DNA of 64,000 bases, taken from assembly GCA_038087875.1 (NCBI GenBank), contig CM075997.1:4652001-4716000 (forward strand). The letters run 5' to 3'. This DNA is from Malacoraja senta (Eukaryota). This document shows positions 24,973 through 37,026 of the stretch, piece by piece. The notes beneath the pieces are model-generated. The model saw nothing but the letters and a program-made list of their open reading frames with translations, was not told the origin of the DNA and did no database searches. Each line of letters starts with the position of its first letter. Position 1 is the stretch's first letter. The translations under genes were made by a program, and so were the position numbers.

Positions 24973-25595
24973 TCATAGACTGTCTTCATAGTCTGAGGAA
25001 AGGGTCTCGACCCGAAACATCACACATTCCTTCTCTCCAGAGATGCTGCCTGTCCCGCTGAGTTACTCCAGCATTTTAGAAACACAGAAAATAGGTGCAG
25101 GAGGAGGCCATTCGGCCCTTCGAGCCAGCACCATCATTCATTGTGATCATGGCTGATCGTCCCCAATCAATAACCCGTGCCTGCCTTCTCCCCATATCCC
25201 TTGACTCCACTAGCCCCTAGAGCTCTATCTAACTCTCTCTTAAATCCATCCAGTGATTTGGCCTCCACTGCCCTCTGTGGCAGGGAATTCCACAAATTCA
25301 CAACTCTCTGGGTGAAAAAGTTTTTTCTCACCTCAGTCTTAAATGGCCTCCCCTTTATTCTAAGACTGTGGCCCCCTTGGTTCTGGACTCTCCCAACATT
25401 GGGAACATTTTCCCTGCAATGTGTCTATCTTCGATTTGTCCTGGTTCCATTTCACCCCCTTCCCCCGCTACAATCAGTCTGAAGGAGGGCCCCCTGACCC
25501 GAAACATCACCTCTCCATGTTCTCCAGAGATGCTGCCTGATCCGCTGAGTTTCCCCGGCATTTTGCGTCTAGCTTCACAGTTCACAGACTAGCAG

Positions 25596-25900
25596 CGGCG
25601 GCACGGTGGCGCAGCGGTAGAATCACTGCCTCACGGCGCCAGAGACACGGGTTTGATCCTGGCCTCGGGTGCTGTCTCCACGGAGTCTGCACGTTCTCCC
25701 CGTTATCCGGGTTTTCTCCGGGTGCTCCGGTTTCCTCCCACACTCCAAAGACGTACAGGTTTGTAGGTTGATTGGCTTGGTGTACATGTAAATTGTCCCT
25801 AGTGTGTGTAGGGTAGTGTTAATGTGCGGGGATCGCTGGTCAGCGCGGACTCGTTGGGCCGAAGGGCCTGTTTCCGCGCTGTATCTCTAAACTAAATTAA
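25596..25900 (+). mobile_element. HE1-type SINE, full length
   Basis: Head, V-domain and tail all present. Confidence 0.9.
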
Positions 25901-27841
25901 AACTAAGACTATGGAAACACCAATCCCGGCAGCACATAGAAACATAGAAACATAGAAAATAGGTGCAGGAGCAGGCCATTCGGCCCTTCGAGCCAGCACC
26001 ACCATTCAATATGATCACGGCTGATCATCCGAAATCAGAACCTGCTTTCTCCCCGATCCCTTGATTCCGTTAGGCTTCCATGAACATGTTCCAGGCACTC
26101 ATCACCCTCTGTGTCTGAAGAAGGGTTTCGGCCCGAAACGTTGCCTATTTCCTTCGCTCCATAGATGCTGCTGCACCCGCTGAGTTTCTCCAGCAATTTT
26201 GTCTACCCTCTGTGTCGCGTCTGTTCAGAGTCCAAACAAACCCAGGATCCTCAGGCTGTCGTTTAGTTTAGAGATACAGCTTGGAAACAGGCCCTTCGGC
26301 CCACCGAGTCCATGCTGTCCATCGATCACCCGTTCACACCAGTTCCGTGTTATCCCACTTCCTCATCCACTCCCTACACACACAGGGGCAATTTACAGAG
26401 GGGCCAATTAACCTACAAACCCGCACGTCTTTAGGGTGTGGGAAGAAACCGGAGGAAACCCACGCGGTCACAGGGAAACGTACAAACTCCGCACACAGAC
26501 AGCACCCGAGGTCGGAATCGAACCTGGGTCTCTGGCGCTGTGGGGCAGCAGCTGTAGATGAGCACTTGCTGGGTTAACCCCGGGAAACATGTGGGCAAGA
26601 TCCAGTAGACAGCAGCATGTAGACCTCCCACAATCCGTGACACAACTGGGAGGAGAGTCTAGGGCCAGAAACCACAGGCTCAGAATTAATGGCTGTTCCA
26701 CTAGGAAGGAGATGAGGAGGAATTTCTTTAGTCAAAGGCTGGTGAATCGGTGGAATTCATTGCCACAGAAGGCTGAGGAGGCCAAGCCAGTGGATATATT
26801 TAAGGCTGATAGATAGATTCTTGATTAGTACGAGTGTCAAAGGTTATGGGGAGAAGGTAGGAAAATGGGGTTTGGAGGGAGAGATGGATCAGCCATGAAG
26901 GATAGAACTAGTGTACGGGTGATCGCTGGTCGGCATGGACTCAGTGGGCCAAAGGGCCTCTTTCCTAGCTGTATCTCTAAACTAGGGTGATGAATCTGTG
27001 GAATTCTTTGCCACAGAAGGCTCTGGAGGCCAAGTCAGTGGACACTTTTAAGGCAGAGATAGGTAGATTCTTGATTAGTACGGGTGTCAGAAGTTTTGGG
27101 GAGAAGGCAAGAGAATCATAAGAACATACGATCATAAGAGATAGCAGTAGAAATAGGCCATTTGGCCCATCGTCTACTCTGCCATTCAATCATAGCTGAT
27201 CTATCTCTCCCTCTGAACCCCATTCTCCCTGCCTTCTCCCCATAACCTCTGACACCCGCACTAATCAAGAATCTATCTATCTCTGCCTTAAAAATATCCA
27301 TTGACTTGGCCTCCACAGCCGTCTGTGGCAAAGAATTCCACGGATTCACCACCCTCTGACTAAAGAAATTCCTCCTCATCTCCTTCCTAAAGGAACATCC
27401 TTTAATTCTGAGGCTGTGCCCTCAGAGAATGGGGTTAGGAGGGAGAGATAGATCAGCCATGATTGAATGGCGGAGTGGGCTTGATGGGCCTAATGGCCAG
27501 ATTCAGCACCTATCGCCAATGAACCAATGCCTCCAGCTGGGAACCAAGACCCCACTAATGTCCTCCAAGATCAGGCAGCACCTCCAGCTCCTGAGTGAGC
27601 TGTCAGTCCACCAGTCCTGGGTGGAAAGGCAAGGTCATTAAAGTGTTTAAATATTACTTAGAAAACCAGACTGCTGGTAATTTAATTTACTACCGTGACT
27701 AATATGCAGCTGTATCTCTTTTAAATTATTCTGACTTCAACGCAATTATCTTCTTTACCCAGATTGAATTTCCTCAGTAAGATCGAGCAGATTTCTTACC
27801 GCTCTGGATTTTCTCCGACCAGTGCCTTGCGCACTCCCTTG

Positions 27842-28106
27842 GTTACCGTGGAAACCGCGGGGGCGGTCGCCATGGTGACCGCCGGTTCAGTCGCCATGGT
27901 GACCGCCGGTTCAGTCACCATGGTGACCACAGGGGGGGTCGGTGGCCGTGACAACTATGCGGTCGTTCGCCATGGTAACCATGGGGGTCGGTCGGCGTGG
28001 TAACCATGGGGGTCGGTGGCCGTGACAACCATGGCAACCACGGGGTTGGTCGCCATGGTAACCACGGGGGTCGCCATGGTAACCATGGGTCGGTCGCCAT
28101 AGTGAC
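27842..28106. promoter_or_regulatory. Tandem array of RFX X-box-like palindromes
   Basis: About 10 GTYRCCATGGTRAC-like 14-mers, partly in a 24-bp tandem unit; function is inferred. Confidence 0.45.
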
Positions 28107-29534
28107 CTCTAGCTGTCCATGAGCCAACCAACATGGTACCCATGGCCAAGTTGGCACGATGCCACATTAGGTCAGTCAGCATCCACAGGCCTGTTGCTAG
28201 ATGTCCCAACGTTTCCATGGGCCAACTGCAGAGTCACCCACTGACTGGTTACCATGGCACTCCCTGGTCAATCCCATAGTCCCACCAGCCAGTTGGCATG
28301 GAATCCTCAGCCGTTGTGCCAAAGTGCCCATGGCTCGGTTATCACAGGGCCCGCTGATCAATTGCCATGGATTGTATAGCCCAGTTCATTCGCTCGTTGT
28401 CAGACGACGTATAGCTCGCTGTTGGCTTCTGTCGTTGTCCAACATGTTGACATAATTCGTCGCCCGATGCGTCTCAGAGTGCATCGTGTCGTCGTTTCCG
28501 GGGATCGCCACGAGGAGGCTTCTGTCATGATCCCCTAGAGCCCAGTGGTGTTGGTACACACAAAATGCTGGAGTAACTCAGCGGGACAGAGAAGGAATGG
28601 GTGACGTTTTGGATCGAGACCCTTCTACACATTAGTATTGGTACCCATTAGTCAGTGGCATTGGTCAGTTGCATGGCACCTATGTATCTGTTCACCATCG
28701 GTAATACTCCCAACACTGGGCATGTCCATGTGGGCTGGCACCCTATTGACCTTGCCAACTCCGGCCAAGCTGCCTTGGCACTTCCCACCCAAAATTCACC
28801 CAACACTGCCAAACATAATTGGTGATCTAATACATCCATCACGTTTCGGTTAGCTCAGAGATACATCATGGAAACAGGTCCTTCGACCCACTGAGTCCAC
28901 GCCGACCATCGATCACCCGTTCTATGTTATCCCACTTCTCATCCACTCCCCGCACACAATCACGATCACAATAATACTTTATTAGCCAAGTATGTTTTGC
29001 AACATATGAGGAATTTCATTTGCCAAGTCAGTCATACAAGTAAAAAATAATGGAACACACAAAATACATTTTAACTTAAACATCCACCACAGTGACTCCT
29101 CCACATTCTCATTGTGATGGAAGGCGAAAAAAAGTTCAATCTCTTCCCTTTGCTCTCGGGGGCCTTGAGCCCTCCGTTGACGGGATGATCTTGGCTCCAG
29201 TAGCCGGCAGCGTTCTGGCCCTCTGCATCGGGGCGATCTGCTCCTGCTTCAGGGGGGATGTCAGCTCCCCCGTGCCGGGCGATCGAACCTCGCGTCGGGG
29301 CTGGTCGAGCTAGGGGCCATTTACAGAGAGCCAATTAACCTACAAACCCGCTCGTCTTCTGGATGTGGGAGGAAACCGGAGCACCCGGAGGAAACCCATG
29401 GGATCACAGGGAGAACGTACAAACTCCACACACACACACACACATCACCTGAGGCCAGGATCGCACCCGGGTCTCTGGCGCTGTGAGGCTGTACTGTGCC
29501 ACTGTGCCACCCGAAACTAACCTTAATACCAATA

Positions 29535-29995
29535 GAGTCATAATCTCATACAGCACGGAAACAGACCCTTTGGCCCAACTTGCCCATGCCGACCAACATA
29601 CACATCTACACTAGTCCCACCTGCCTGCATTTGGGCCATGTTCCTCAAAACGTATCCTAAATATGTACTTGTCCAAATGTTTTTAAACGTTGTGATAGTC
29701 CCAGCCTCAACTACCTCCTCTGGCAGCTCCGTCCATATACCTACCACCCTTAGTGTAAAAATGTTACCCCTCAGGTTCCTATTAAATCTTTTCCCCTTCA
29801 CCTTGAACCAATGTCCTCTGGTCCTCGATTCCCCTACTCTGGGTAAGAGACTCTGGGCGTCTACCCGATCTATTCCCCTCATGCTTTTGTGCACCTCTAT
29901 AACATCACCCCTAATCCTCCTGCACTCCAAGGAATAGAGTCCCAGCCTGCTCAACTTCTCCCTATCGCTCAGGCCCAGCAACATCCTCGTAGAGC
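29535..29995 (-). mobile_element. CR1 LINE 3' fragment
   Basis: LSRLGLYSLECRRIRGDVIEVHK...VGESRTRGH on the minus strand. Confidence 0.88.
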
Positions 29996-31689
29996 TTCTC
30001 CGCGGAGATCTTCTTTCCATCATGGTACATGGTCCAATGGTTTCTGTAACTAAGCTGGATGTTGGGCGTACTGACCCGTATCAACATTTTTGGAACCAAC
30101 AATCCAAACTAACCCAAATGCAGCACGGTGGCGCATCGGTAGAGTTGCTGCCTTACAGCGCTTGCAGCGCAGGCGACCCGGGTTCGATCCCGACTACGGG
30201 TGCTGTCTGTACGGAGTTTGTACGTTCTCCCCGTGACCTGCGTGGGTTTTCTCCAAGATCTTCGGTTTCCTCCCACACTCCAAAGACGTGCAGAGAAGTA
30301 GGTAAATTGGCTTGGTAAATGCAAAATAAACGACCCCTAGTATGTGTAGGATAGTGTTAATATGCGGGGATCGCTGGTCGGCGAGGACCCGGTGGGCCGA
30401 AAAGCCTGTTTCCGCACTGTATCATGAACAATAAACGGATTTTATAGCCCTGTGACATCTCATACACATGTTGCTTTAACCTTGAGCTCCCAGCATCTCC
30501 TGCTAGATCCATGGTCGCCCTAGGGGTCCTCATCCTCACCTTTCGCTATGAAACAAAACCGTTAATTTAATCAATTATTAGCTCAATTAACAAGATCTAT
30601 TCTTAGCAATTAGGCAGTCTAAGGTTCAGCGGAGTTTAGTTTAGAGATACAGCGTGGAAACAGGCCCTTCGGCCCACTGTGTCCGCACCGACCAGCGATC
30701 CCCGCACACTAACACTATCCCACGCACACTAGGGACAATTTTACACATACACCAAGCCAATTAACCTACATACTGTACCTGCACGTCTTTGGAGTGTGGG
30801 AGGAAACCGAAGATCTCGGTGAAAACCTACACGGTCACGGGGAGAACGTGCAAACTCCGTACAGACAGCACCCGTAGTCGGGATCGAACCTGGGTCCCTG
30901 GTGCTGCAAATGCCCAGTTTCTTCCCAGCTGTTCACTCCCAGATGACACTGACTATTTGAAGTATAGTTCAGTCTAGTTTATTGTCACGTGTACCGAGGT
31001 ACAGTGAAAGGCTTTTTGTAGCGTGCTAACCAGTCAGCGGAAAGACAATACGTGATTACAATCGAGCCGTTTACACTGTATACGTAGATACATGATAAGG
31101 GAATAACGTTTGGTGCAAGGTAAAGTCAGCAAAGTCCGATCAAGGATAATCCGAGGGTCACCAATGAGGTAGATAGTAGTTCAGGACCGCTCTCTGGTTG
31201 TGGTAGGATGGTTCAGTTGCCTGATAACAGCTGGGAAGAAACTGTCCCTGAATCTGGAGGTGTGCGTTTTCACACCTTTTGCCTGATGGGAGAGGGGAGG
31301 AGAGGAGTGGCCGGAAAGCAGTTGAGTTGCTGCCTCACAGCACCAGAGACTCAGGTTCGATCCCGACCACAGGTGCTGTCTGTACGGAGTTTGTACGTTC
31401 TCATGACCTGCGTGGGTTTTCTCCAGGTGCTCCGGTTTCCTCCCACACTCCAAAGACGTACAGGTTTGTAGGTTAATTGGCTTGGTGTCATTGTAAATTG
31501 TCCCCAGTGTAAGTGTCCGGGGATCGCTGGTCGGCACGGACTCGTTGGGCCGAAGGGCCTGTTTCCTAGCTGTATCTCTAAACTAAACTAAAGTGTAATC
31601 TAGTGGAGTTAAAGAGTTAATCCAACACCAGCACCCTCCCAGTGACACCCCCTCCCCTAGCCTCCACTTGCCTCTCCACCCATCTGGCA

Positions 31690-32345
31690 TGGCGTCACAG
31701 GTAGATAGTGGTCAAAAAAGGTTTTCAGCTCGATAGCCTTCATCAGTCAGAGTATTGAGTAAAGAAGCTAGGAGGCCATGTTACAGTTATCTAAGACGTT
31801 GGTGAGGCCACATTTAGAGTATTGTGCTCGGCTTTAGTCACCATGTTATCGGGAACATGTTGTCAAGCTGGAATTGGCGCAGAGAAGATTTACGAGGATG
31901 TTGCCAGGACTCAAGGGTCTGAGCTACAGGGAGGGGTTGAGCAGGCTAGGCCTCTATTCCTTGGAGCGCAGGAGGATGAGGGGTGATCTTATGGAGGTGT
32001 GCAAAATCATGAGAGGAATAGAACAGGTCTCTTGCCCAGAGTAGGGGAATCGAGATTAAGAGGACACAGGTTTAAGGTGAGGGGGAAAGATTTAATAGGA
32101 ACCTGAGGGGTAACCTTTTTACACAAATGGTGGCAGAAATAAGGAACGAGCTGCCGGAGGAGGTAGTTGAGGCAGGTACTATCATAATGTTTAAGACATT
32201 TGGACAGGTGCATGGATAGGGTACGTTTAGATGGATATTGGCCAAATGCAGGCAGGTGGACTAGTTTAGATGGACATGTTGGTCAGCATGGCAAGTTGGG
32301 CCGAAGGGCCTGTTTCCACATCGTGTGACTCTATGACTCTATGAC
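31690..32345 (+). mobile_element. Degenerate CR1 LINE 3' fragment
   Basis: [13 protein letters not shown] and RRFTRMLPGL-like blocks plus CR1 3'UTR with GACTCTAT tail. Confidence 0.85.
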
Positions 32346-34300
32346 CAGAGATCCTATATCTGCCAATAAGATTATAAGGAGGTGTGCAAAATCGTGAGGG
32401 ATAGATCGGGTCTTTTACCCAGAATAGAGGAATCAAGGTCTAGGGGACATGGGTTTAAGGTGAGGGGAGAAAGATTTAATAGGAACCTGAGGGTTAACTT
32501 TTTCACACAAAGGGTGGTGGGTGTAAGGAACGAGCTGCCGGGGAGGTAGTTGAGGCTGGGACTAGAACAACGTTTAAGAAGCATTTAGACAGGTACATGG
32601 ATAGGGCAGGGATAGAGGGATAATGGGCTAAATGCAGGCAGGTGGGACTGGTGGTGGCGCCATAGAGTGTGTTCGTTTTTCACCCTTTTTTAAATTTGTT
32701 AATTTTTAGTTTGTTAAAAAGTTTTGTTTTGGAGGGCTTTTGGTCTTTTTTATGTGGGAGGTGGGGTGGGGGAGAGGGGAAACCGTTTTTTCCAGTCCCT
32801 ACCTGGTCGAGGATGCGTCCTTCCTCCGAGCCGCATCTTCGCCCCCTCCTGGATTGGCGCGGCCTTTCCTGCCGGAGACCGGCCAGAGCTTCAGGCTGCA
32901 GCTTCAGCAGCGGCGCAGCACTGAGGTACCGTCGCGGAGCGGGCGATGCCTTACCCGGGTCGCCGCAGCGGCGTTGACTTTAAACACCGCGGAGCCTGGG
33001 ATCTTTCGCCGAGGATCGCCAGCGTTGGGAGCTCCGCCCAGCTCGGCCTGTTGACTTCGGGAGCCGCGGTCTCCGGTAGGAAGCGGCCGTTTCGGAAACT
33101 CCAAACTGCTGAGAGCGTTCTCCGTTCCGACGCCGGAGTTCCATCATCCCGGCGAGAGGGGCCTGAAACATCGGGTTGCCGTAGCGGTGACTGCGGAGGC
33201 CTCAATTGGCCCCAACCACGGGTGAACATAGAGGAAGTGGACTGGACTTTGCTGCTTTCCCTCACAGTGGGAAACGTTGATCTCGCTGTGGGGGGATGTT
33301 TTTATGTTTCATGTTAAATTCTATAACGTTGTGTTTATTTTATTGGTGTGCTGCATGGCAACTTAAATTTCACTGCACCAATTGGTGTATGTGACAACAA
33401 ATGTCCTTTGTCCTAGTGTAGATGGGGCATGTGGTCAGGGTGGACAAGTTGGGCCGAGGGGCCTGTTCCCGCGCTGTGTGACTATGACTCCGCTACTCCA
33501 ATAACCACACCAGGGAAACCAATGCCGTGAAGCATTTCTCTCAGATATTACCTCAGTGCCCCCGGGGGGGAAGGGTAGGGTGAATGAGAATGTAAGCGAA
33601 CATTTTTCTTCAGAAGAGTCACTGGAAACGAGAGAGGTTTCTTTTTTTTTTTGCTCGAATGGTACAAGAAAAATGTGTCAGCTTGCGTTCCGGAGAGAAT
33701 ACAAGCAGGTCGGTTCAATGCTTAGCTAAACAGAGCTGCTCTCTCCAATGCCCTGTCAGGCCTCGGGCTGTCCAAGCTACACAATTGACTTGGAAGAGAA
33801 TCATTAAAGGCTTCAAGCTGGCCCAGCTTTTTGTGAGGGAATATAGGACAACGGCTGAATAATGGACCATGTTCTCAGGCTGTCAACCAACCTCCACCAG
33901 GCAGAGAAAAAAACCCTTCATGCTTTGCCCGAGTCCCCTTACAGCCAAACAGAACAAATGTGTGAGGGGAATAAGGAACTTTAGGTGAAGTTTCTATCTA
34001 CGTCGAAGAGAGAAAGAAAAGACTGGAGTAACTCAGCGGGTCAGGCAGCATCTCTGGATTTTAAAAAATGGGTGACTTTTTGGGTCGAGACCCTTCTTCG
34101 GGCTGAGAGTCAGCGGGAGAGGGGAACTAGAGGGATGAAGCATAGAAACATGGAAAATAGGTGCAGGAGTAGGCCATTCGGCCCTTTGAGCCAATATGAT
34201 CATGGCTGATCATCCAGAATCAGTACCCCGTTCCTGCTTTCTCCCCATATCCCTTGATTCCGTTTAGCCCTAAGAGCTAAATCTAACTCTCTCTTGAATA

Positions 34301-34500
34301 NNNNNNNNNNNNNNNNNNNNNNNNNNNNNNNNNNNNNNNNNNNNNNNNNNNNNNNNNNNNNNNNNNNNNNNNNNNNNNNNNNNNNNNNNNNNNNNNNNNN
34401 NNNNNNNNNNNNNNNNNNNNNNNNNNNNNNNNNNNNNNNNNNNNNNNNNNNNNNNNNNNNNNNNNNNNNNNNNNNNNNNNNNNNNNNNNNNNNNNNNNNN
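34301..34500. other. Assembly gap (200 N)
   Basis: Run of N flanked on both sides by minus-strand CR1 3' sequence. Confidence 1.
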
Positions 34501-35159
34501 CCACAATCAGTACCCCGTTCCTGCCTTCTCCCCATATCCCCTGACTCCTCTATTTTTAAGAGCCCTATCTAGCTCTCTCTTGAAGTATCCAGAGAACCGG
34601 CCTCCACAGAGGCAGAGAATTCCACAGACTCACCACTCTCTGTGAGAAAAAGTGTTTCCTTGTCTCCGTTCTAAATGGGCTTACTCCTTATTCTTAAACT
34701 GTGGCCCCTGGTTCTGGACTCCCCCGACATCGGGAACATGTTTCCTGCCTCTGGCGTGTCCAAACCCTTAATAATCTTATATGTTTCAATGAGATCCCCT
34801 CTTGCGTACTAACCAGTCCATCCCAGGGCATCAACTTGGCCCCTGGATGTCGTACAATCGTTGGGAATGATGTTGGATAATCAGCTTCCACAGACCCAGG
34901 TTCGATCCCGACTACGGGTGCTGTCTGTATGAATTTTGTACGTTCTCCCGTGGGTTTTCTCCGAGATCTTCGCTTTCCTCCACGCTCCAAAGACGTACAG
35001 GTTTTTGTAGATTGATTTTAAGGGTCTCAACCCGAAACGTCACCCATTCCTTCTCTCCAGAGATGCTGCCTCACCTGCTGAGTTACTCCAGCTTTTTGTG
35101 TCTACCTTCGATTTAAACCAGCACCTGCAGTTCTTTCATACAGGTTTGTAGATTAATTA

Positions 35160-36190
35160 GATTCAAGATTCAAGAGAGTTTATTGTCATGTGTCCCTGAT
35201 AGGTCAATGAAATTCTAGCTTTGCTTCAGCACAACAGAACATAGACGGCATGAATACAGAACAGATCAGTGTGTCTATATACCATTTTATATATATATAC
35301 ACACATGAATAAAATAAACTTGATAAAGTGCAAATAAACAGATTATGGCTAATAATGTTCAGTGTTTTGTCCGAGCCAGGTTTAATAAGCCTGATGGCTG
35401 TGGGGAAGTAGCTGTTCCTGAACCTGGTCGTTGCAGTCTTCAGGCTCCTGTACCTTGTACCTGAAAGGTAGTGGGGAGATGAGTGTGTGGCCAGGATGGT
35501 GTGGGCCCTTGATGATGCTGCCAGCCTTTTGAGGCAGTGACTGTGGTAGATCCCCTCGATGGAAGGGAGGTTCAGAGCGATGATGGACTGGGCAGTGGTT
35601 ACAATTTTCTGCAGTCTTTTCCTCTCCAGGGCGCTCAAGTTGCCGAACTAAGCACGATGCAACCGGTCAGCAGCACTCTACTGTGCACCTGTAGAGGTTA
35701 GAGAGAGTCCTCCTTGACAAACCGACTCTCCGTAATCTTCTCAGGATGTAGAGGCGCTGATGTGCTTTCTTAATAATGGCATCATTCTCGGACCAGGAAA
35801 GATCTTCAGAGATGTGCACGCCCAGGAATTTGATGTTCTTGACCCTTTCAACCATCGACCCGTTGATATAAACGGACTGTGGGTCCCCATCCTACTCCTT
35901 CCAAAGTCCACAATCAGTTCCTTGGTTTTGCTGGTGTTGAGGGCCAGGTTGTTGTGCTGGCACCATATGGACAGTTGCTCGATCTCTCTTCTATACTCTG
36001 ACTCATCCCCATCAGTGATACGTCCCACAACAGTGGTGTCGTCAGCGAACTTGATGATGGAGTTCGCACTATGACCGGCTACACATTCATGAGTATAGAG
36101 TGAGTACAGGCAGGGGACTGAGCACGCAGCCTTGAGGTGCTCCCGTGCTGATTGTTATCGAGGCTGACACATTTCCACCATACGAAAAGA
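35160..36190 (-). mobile_element. Rex1/Babar-clade LINE, 5'-truncated and frameshifted
   Basis: KFADDTTVVGRI, WCQHNNLALNTSKTKELIVDF, KFLGVHISEDLSWS, KKAHQRLYILRRL, TTRFRNSYFPTAIRL; short-repeat tail near 35160-35175. Confidence 0.9.
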
Positions 36191-36414
36191 CTGGTCTTTT
36201 CGAGGGTTCACCCTCTGAAGGATTTCCTGACGTCGGCCTCTGTGACTGAGACTTGGTAGACAATTAGCTTGGTATGAATGTAAAATTATCCCTAGCATGT
36301 GCAGATAGTGTTGGTGTGCGGGGATCGCTGGTCAGGGCGGACTGGGTTGGCCGACAGGGCCTGTTTCTGCGCTGTATCTCTAAACTAAACTAAACCCTTG
36401 TCTTTCTCCTTCAG

Positions 36415-36474
36415 GTTCATCAACGGCAAGACGTCGCATAGTACAGCCCATGATCGACCAGTCGAATCGAACAG
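36415..36474 (+). CDS. meis3: MEIS homeobox exon (equivalent to exon 10): W-FIN[+G]ARRRIVQPMIDQSNRT, with a 1-nt insertion as given
   Basis: Acceptor TCTTTCTCCTTCAG (AG 36413-36414), donor GTCAGA at 36475. Length is 60 nt where the flanking phases require 59; removing one G at 36425-36426 restores helix 3. Confidence 0.93.
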
Positions 36475-36822
36475 GTCAGATTTCATACTTATTTTGTACT
36501 TTGCTCTGAAGCATGTAGGCTCTCACAGTGGTACGGACTCCCACCCACTGTCACAGGCAGGGCCCACTGCGATGGGCTCCACCCTAATGGGCACATTATG
36601 GTCTCCACCCTTCCTTGGTCATCTGTTGCCGGCCCTGCTTGGTTCTGGCCTTTTCCTCCCTCCAGTTCTCCTCACCCTCGACTTCGTTCCCGAAACGTCA
36701 CCCATCCTTTCTCTCCAGAGTTGCTGTCCTGACCCGCTGAGTTTCTCCAGCACTTGGTGTCTATCTTCGATAGAAACCAGCATCTGTAGCTCTTTGAAGA
36801 TGGACACAAAATGCTGGAGTTG

Positions 36823-37026
36823 AGGGCCTGTCACACTTGGGCATCATTTGCGCGTCACGCAGATGCGCGCGAAGATTTTGTACATCACAAAATCCCGCGA
36901 CGCCACGGGCGGCCGCGCGTCACTGCCTATGTCATCACGCACCATGCGCGCATCACGTGCGTGTCGCGACGCGTAAATGATGTCGCGTAAATTAGGCGCA
37001 AATGACGGCCAAGTGGGACAGGCCCT
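36823..37026. mobile_element. Harbinger-like MITE nested in a Penelope-derived repeat
   Basis: AGGGCCTGTCACACTTGG / CCAAGTGGGACAGGCCCT, inserted at the TAA of the host GCTGGAGTAACTCA. Confidence 0.8.

Noticed and set aside
27764..28218. VAMVT-repeat ORFs, and a CRISPR-like look of palindromes with spacers
   Set aside because: Vertebrate intron, spacers are short and related, no cas genes; the peptide is a by-product of the DNA motif.
32669..33317. Overlapping GC-rich ORFs
   Set aside because: Interior of a repeated non-autonomous element inserted in a CR1 tail.
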